DNA from: Nitrospirales bacterium | Lineage (GTDB): Bacteria > Nitrospirota > Nitrospiria > Nitrospirales > UBA8639 | Direction of reading: 5' to 3' | NCBI GenBank assembly: GCA_965223295.1 | Contig: CBDCWC010000002.1 | Coordinates: 1,600,001-1,664,000 of the forward strand | DNA: 64,000 nucleotides | Part shown: positions 59,846-64,000 of the stretch, one piece after another | How positions within the stretch are numbered: the stretch's first letter is position 1 | How the letters are laid out: each line of letters opens with the position of its first letter | Made by a program: the position numbers and the translations under genes | The notes under the pieces: model-generated | What the model was told of the DNA's origin: nothing | Databases searched by the model: none | The model's input: the letters and a program-made list of their open reading frames with translations, nothing else

Positions 59846-60757
59846 TTAGAATTGTTCTCGTAAAGGGAGCGGCAATTCTTTGGGGAGTGGTTTCTTTTCA
59901 GGTTTTCTGACAAGATCAGGCCTCGCCTTTAAAATCCAGGAGATAGCTTGCTCGTTATAGCTTCTGAGTTGGCCGTAGACAATTGGGCGCATGCTATGTA
60001 CGGTCTCAATGTAATCATCAAAATTTTTTTGGGTAATTTCTTCTGGGGCCACCCGCAACAACGTAGGGAGCAAACAACTCTCACAGCCCGAGGCTTGTTC
60101 CTGGTAGGCCGGATACACACAATATTCCGCCAAATCCGGCCGATGGCATAAGATTCGCGCAAGTTGCTCGTAATTACGTTCTTTGTTCTTTTTCCCACTC
60201 ACGCTACAGATATCTTCGCCATAGAGATGAACCTTTTCCCACGTAATAGCGTAAGGAGCCTGTTGAAGGAGCGTATCTAGCAATGCCGTTTTGGCCCCCA
60301 ACAATTGTTCTTCAAACGCTGGCCCCACCACATACCTGGCCATGTCCGGACAGGCCCCTAGCAACTCTATCATCCAGTTAAAGCAGGCTTCTTGGGTATG
60401 CGGATCCAAGTAATCGAGGATGGTTTCAATCACGTTCATCTCTTCGCCCGTAATGAGAGTTTTCTCGCGTTGCATAATTTCTCGCGCTTTTCTGACACGC
60501 CGCCGCACGAGTTCAATGCTTGAACCACCATTCAGCATATGCGCGTTATCGTAGTCCCCACGTTTTTCTTCGTGGCTCAACACGGCATAGGCTTCATTGA
60601 TGCGAACCATGCGTTCTTTTGCGGCCTGCCGTTCATGTGGAGCAACCACATCCTCATGATTGCTTTTGACAAAGGTGCGCCACGCCGTCTGAATTTCCTT
60701 CAGCAGCGCATCTTCTGGCACACCTAAAATTTGGTAATAGTTGATGCCATCAATCAT
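59846..60757 (-). CDS. J-domain-like protein (HPD replaced by HED) with C-terminal repeats
   Basis: NYYQILGV..EIQTAWR..HED..INEAYAVLS..KRGDYD. Confidence 0.8.
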   Translation of the reverse strand: MIDGINYYQILGVPEDALLKEIQTAWRTFVKSNHEDVVAPHERQAAKERMVRINEAYAVLSHEEKRGDYDNAHMLNGGSSIELVRRRVRKAREIMQREKTLITGEEMNVIETILDYLDPHTQEACFNWMIELLGACPDMARYVVGPAFEEQLLGAKTALLDTLLQQAPYAITWEKVHLYGEDICSVSGKKNKERNYEQLARILCHRPDLAEYCVYPAYQEQASGCESCLLPTLLRVAPEEITQKNFDDYIETVHSMRPIVYGQLRSYNEQAISWILKARPDLVRKPEKKPLPKELPLPLREQF

Positions 60758-61044
60758 TCATTGAAACCTAGAAAAACAGATAAGTTATGAGCACATAACT
60801 ATCACAAATATATACTCGTTTCTCGTTTAGAAAAAATGCTGAATATACACACTCTACAGAACCCCGAACAAGACTGAAAAGGACATCACGCCGATATTAC
60901 GTTTTGGCAAGGAAATGCAAACGCTCTTCTGGCAATCACATGAAATAATCATTAGACTTGCACCTGCAAGGCCATGTTCTCTGATGAATAAAATTTTGAA
61001 TGTTAAGAAATCCACCGTATTATTCTGCTAACAAGGAGGAGAGA

Positions 61045-61575
61045 ATGGTTAACACACTGTGTGTCCGCAAGATGCTTGGGCTTATCACATGTTGTTCGGC
61101 TTTATTGATCACCAACGCAGCAACGGCTACTGAATTACCGAAAGAATCGGTGTTGCCGCTGGCTTTAGCAACAAAGGCCGCACAGACTGCAGTCGATCAG
61201 TGTTTGGCTGATGGGTACCGAGTGAGCGCAACCGTCGTCGATCAAGGAGGAAATATCCGTGCCCTGTTGCGGCAGGACGGCGCCGGACCACATACACCGG
61301 ACAGTAGCCGAAAGAAAGCCTATACGTCAGCCAGCCTGAGACAACCCACGGCCCAATTAGCCGAGCTAGTGGCGAAGATGCCAGCGGTTCAAGGCCTTCA
61401 GCATATGAACGAGAATATTCTCTTACTCGGTGGCGGGTTACCCATCAAGATGGGCAAAGAGGTTGTTGGTGGCATTGGCGTGGGCGGTGCACCAGGTGGA
61501 CATCTTGATGCGGCTTGCGCACAAGCTGGACTCACTAGCATTGGCGCCGTCCCACAGTTCGAAGCCAAAAAATAA
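61045..61575 (+). CDS. GlcG/HbpS-family heme-binding protein
   Basis: Signal peptide; VVDQGG, KKAYTSAS, GGGLPI, GGIGVGGAPGG..D; SD AAGGAGG. Confidence 0.9.
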   Translation: MVNTLCVRKMLGLITCCSALLITNAATATELPKESVLPLALATKAAQTAVDQCLADGYRVSATVVDQGGNIRALLRQDGAGPHTPDSSRKKAYTSASLRQPTAQLAELVAKMPAVQGLQHMNENILLLGGGLPIKMGKEVVGGIGVGGAPGGHLDAACAQAGLTSIGAVPQFEAKK

Positions 61576-61602
61576 TACACGCCTAGCACACAAATCCCTG
61601 TG

Positions 61603-62625
61603 CTACTTTTGCGTAATAATCACTCGTTGATTGGAACTGGGTACATCGACCATTTCACTTTGGCCAAATCCTGCATTCTGAAACATACGCTCGTAGTCGG
61701 GGAAGATATACGCATCGCCCGCCGGAGTGGTGGTTAACATGATTAAGCCAAACTCGGCCATTTCCGGCGGCGAAATCCGATCTTCATTCGGAACGAATTC
61801 CAATGTGATCATCTTGCCACCATCTGACAATGCTATATGAATGTTATTCAATAAGGCTTCACACGTTGCCACATCAAAGTGATGCAAGAAATTGGTAAGA
61901 AGCACCAGATCGTAGCCTCGCCCCAAGTCCACATCAAAGGCACTGCCTGGTAACGTTCTGAAGCGATCGCCGACCCCAGCGACGTCAGCTGTCTCTTGTG
62001 CCACTGCCAACACATTGGCCCAATCTTGGGCGGTGATCTCTACTTGAGCAATCTTCTTGGCAATCTCTACACCGAACAAACCATGGCCTGCTGCAATATC
62101 CAGAACTTTTTGAGTATGAGGCGCATGTTGACTCACCCAATTTGCAATCCACTCGGCAGGTCCCTTCATCAATGGCCCCATGGAACGCGCAAATGTGACC
62201 CACTCAGGATGCTCTCGAGCCGTCGTGCCTTCTTCACTCACCACGGTGCCACCTTTACGAACAGCACCGGTTAGGTTCTTCGCCCCCTCAACTAAAGGAG
62301 AAGACAACATAAATTCAAGCGCACCTCCTAAATAGGCAGGAGATTGTTTCGTGAGAAAGACCTCAGAGTCTGGCGTTAACGCATACGATTCCGATTGCTT
62401 CGTCAGAAAACCAGCAATCGTCAAATAATCAAGGAGCATCCTCATGCCACGAGGGGCGACTCCACATCGTGTCGCTAGCGATTCAGGCGTTCCCTTCCCT
62501 TCTCCAATACCGCTAAACACATCCAGCTCGATGGCCGACTTGAGCGCGGCCGTTCGCATATGGGCATTTGCCGTTTGAAAAAATAAGGCTGGTGAGGGAC
62601 TCTCAGATGGTGGTTGCGTCGTCAT
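61603..62625 (-). CDS. O-methyltransferase (dimerisation domain + SAM domain)
   Basis: ALKSAIELDVF, LDIAAGHG, LTNFLHHF. Confidence 0.9.
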   Translation of the reverse strand: MTTQPPSESPSPALFFQTANAHMRTAALKSAIELDVFSGIGEGKGTPESLATRCGVAPRGMRMLLDYLTIAGFLTKQSESYALTPDSEVFLTKQSPAYLGGALEFMLSSPLVEGAKNLTGAVRKGGTVVSEEGTTAREHPEWVTFARSMGPLMKGPAEWIANWVSQHAPHTQKVLDIAAGHGLFGVEIAKKIAQVEITAQDWANVLAVAQETADVAGVGDRFRTLPGSAFDVDLGRGYDLVLLTNFLHHFDVATCEALLNNIHIALSDGGKMITLEFVPNEDRISPPEMAEFGLIMLTTTPAGDAYIFPDYERMFQNAGFGQSEMVDVPSSNQRVIITQK

Positions 62626-62739
62626 CTTTGCAGTTCCTTTCTAGGATTAATAGTCATGCGCTACAGATACCACGACGAATAGGGTCGAAATAGACAACCG
62701 ACACGTTGACGACAAAAAAACTTCGGAAAGTCTTGATTC

Positions 62740-63087
62740 TTATCCATGGTAAAAATCTTCGCGAACGATTTGGTCACCTTTCCAGGTCTGCACGGCTACT
62801 TGCTTCATCTGCACTCGATTTCCATCTTTAAATGTCAGGTCAAAAGACCATTCCACTGCAGCATGACCGCCTTCTACGATGACTCGGCCAACCTTTGCGC
62901 CATGAAACTCCAGCACGTTGTCTAGATATTTGATTTCATATTCTCGATTGGTCGCCTTCCCGACTCGCGCATCTTCTCCATTTTCTGACATCACCACATC
63001 GTCGGCATAGTATCGCTCAAAGGTTTCTAAAATTCTTCCCGAGAGAACTCCATCAATAACCGCTTGAACCTGTGTGTGAATGCTCAT
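62740..63087 (-). CDS. SnoaL/NTF2-like protein
   Basis: RYYADDVVMSEN, QVAVQTWKGDQIVREDFY. Confidence 0.82.
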   Translation of the reverse strand: MSIHTQVQAVIDGVLSGRILETFERYYADDVVMSENGEDARVGKATNREYEIKYLDNVLEFHGAKVGRVIVEGGHAAVEWSFDLTFKDGNRVQMKQVAVQTWKGDQIVREDFYHG

Positions 63088-63139
63088 CGCTTCAATCCTT
63101 TCAGTCCAATTGGTGACAAAAAAGATAATGTGGTAGGGC

Positions 63140-64000
63140 TCATAACGCTTCTCGACCATGAAAGGCGAGTAGGTCCTGCTCAGGTCCCAGGGGGACAATG
63201 CCTGTGGGATTAATATCATCATGCGTCACATAATAATGGCGCTTGATGTGATCAAAGTTGACCGTGTCTGCAATGCCTCCCTGCTGATAGAGATCCTTGA
63301 GGTAGGCAAAGAGATTGGGATAATCCACAAGCCGCCTAATATTGCATTTAAAATGTCCATGATAGACAGCATCAAATCGGATAAGAGTTACGAAGAATCG
63401 CCAATCCGTTTCAACGATTCGTTCTCCAAATAAATACCGCTGAATCGATAGTCGTTTTTCCATTTTGTCTAGTGCGGCAAAAACCTGCTTTACAGCCTGC
63501 TCATACGCCTTTTGCGACGTGGAAAATCCCGCTCGATAGACCCCATTGTTAACATGTTCATAAATAAAGTCATTCAATTCATCAATCTCTTGACGCAAAG
63601 TCAGCGGATACAAGGCGAGCTGACTTTCCGTGAATTGATCAAATGATTGATTAAACATCCGCATGATATCGTCATCAGAGTTACTGACTATTCGCCTGGT
63701 TTCAGTATCCCAAAGCACGGGGACGGTTACACGGGATCGAAAATCTGGATCGGTGGCACTGTAAGCCTCGCTCAGAAACGTGAATCCATTAACTGGGTCT
63801 TCGGTATGTCCAGACCCGTTTCGAAATGCCCAGCCGTGATCGTCACGAATAGGATCCACCACGGACATCCCCACGACATTCTCCAACCGCTTCAGCTTGC
63901 GAACAATAATCGTCCGATGGGCCCAGGGACAGGCCCATGAGACATACAGATGATAACGTCCTGTGGCCGCAGGGTAGTCTGAGCTGCCATCATTCGTCAC
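63140..64000 (-). CDS. Glutathionyl-hydroquinone reductase (omega/Xi-class GST, YqjG-like), 5' end outside the window
   Basis: GRYHLYVSWACPWAHR, TVPVLWD, NNGVYRAGF, RFDAVYHGHFKCN, HIKRHYY. Confidence 0.92.
   Translation of the reverse strand: MTNDGSSDYPAATGRYHLYVSWACPWAHRTIIVRKLKRLENVVGMSVVDPIRDDHGWAFRNGSGHTEDPVNGFTFLSEAYSATDPDFRSRVTVPVLWDTETRRIVSNSDDDIMRMFNQSFDQFTESQLALYPLTLRQEIDELNDFIYEHVNNGVYRAGFSTSQKAYEQAVKQVFAALDKMEKRLSIQRYLFGERIVETDWRFFVTLIRFDAVYHGHFKCNIRRLVDYPNLFAYLKDLYQQGGIADTVNFDHIKRHYYVTHDDINPTGIVPLGPEQDLLAFHGREAL

Overview
Bacterial chromosomal window with about 55 intact CDSs and no rRNA, tRNA or CRISPR array recognised. Gene content and the dispersed repeat family resemble a Nitrospirales (Nitrospirota) genome; this taxonomy is an inference. 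Core and stress genes include msrA, ttcA, mtgA, cbpA/cbpM, ppk2, MscS, a class I fumarase, two TonB-dependent receptors, several two-component proteins, a MarR-SDR-DsbA-YceI cluster and a multicopper oxidase-TolC pair. The most unusual region is 16.2-23.6 kb, where the same frame occurs twice in tandem: [3' end of an RRM RNA-binding gene + terminator] ... [cargo on the minus strand] ... [sigma54-like promoter + paired TATC-N6-GATA boxes]. The two frames carry unrelated cargo: two beta-rich lipoproteins in one, and a PhoD-family enzyme, lipoprotein, small helical protein and lipase in the other. The window also holds eight copies of a ~120-280 bp MITE-like element (four with exact 5-6 bp target duplications, three with nested hairpin insertions), a decayed di-heme cytochrome c peroxidase pseudogene and a probable frameshifted membrane-protein gene. 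Start codons were adjusted by eye where the ORF track extends upstream of the likely start.
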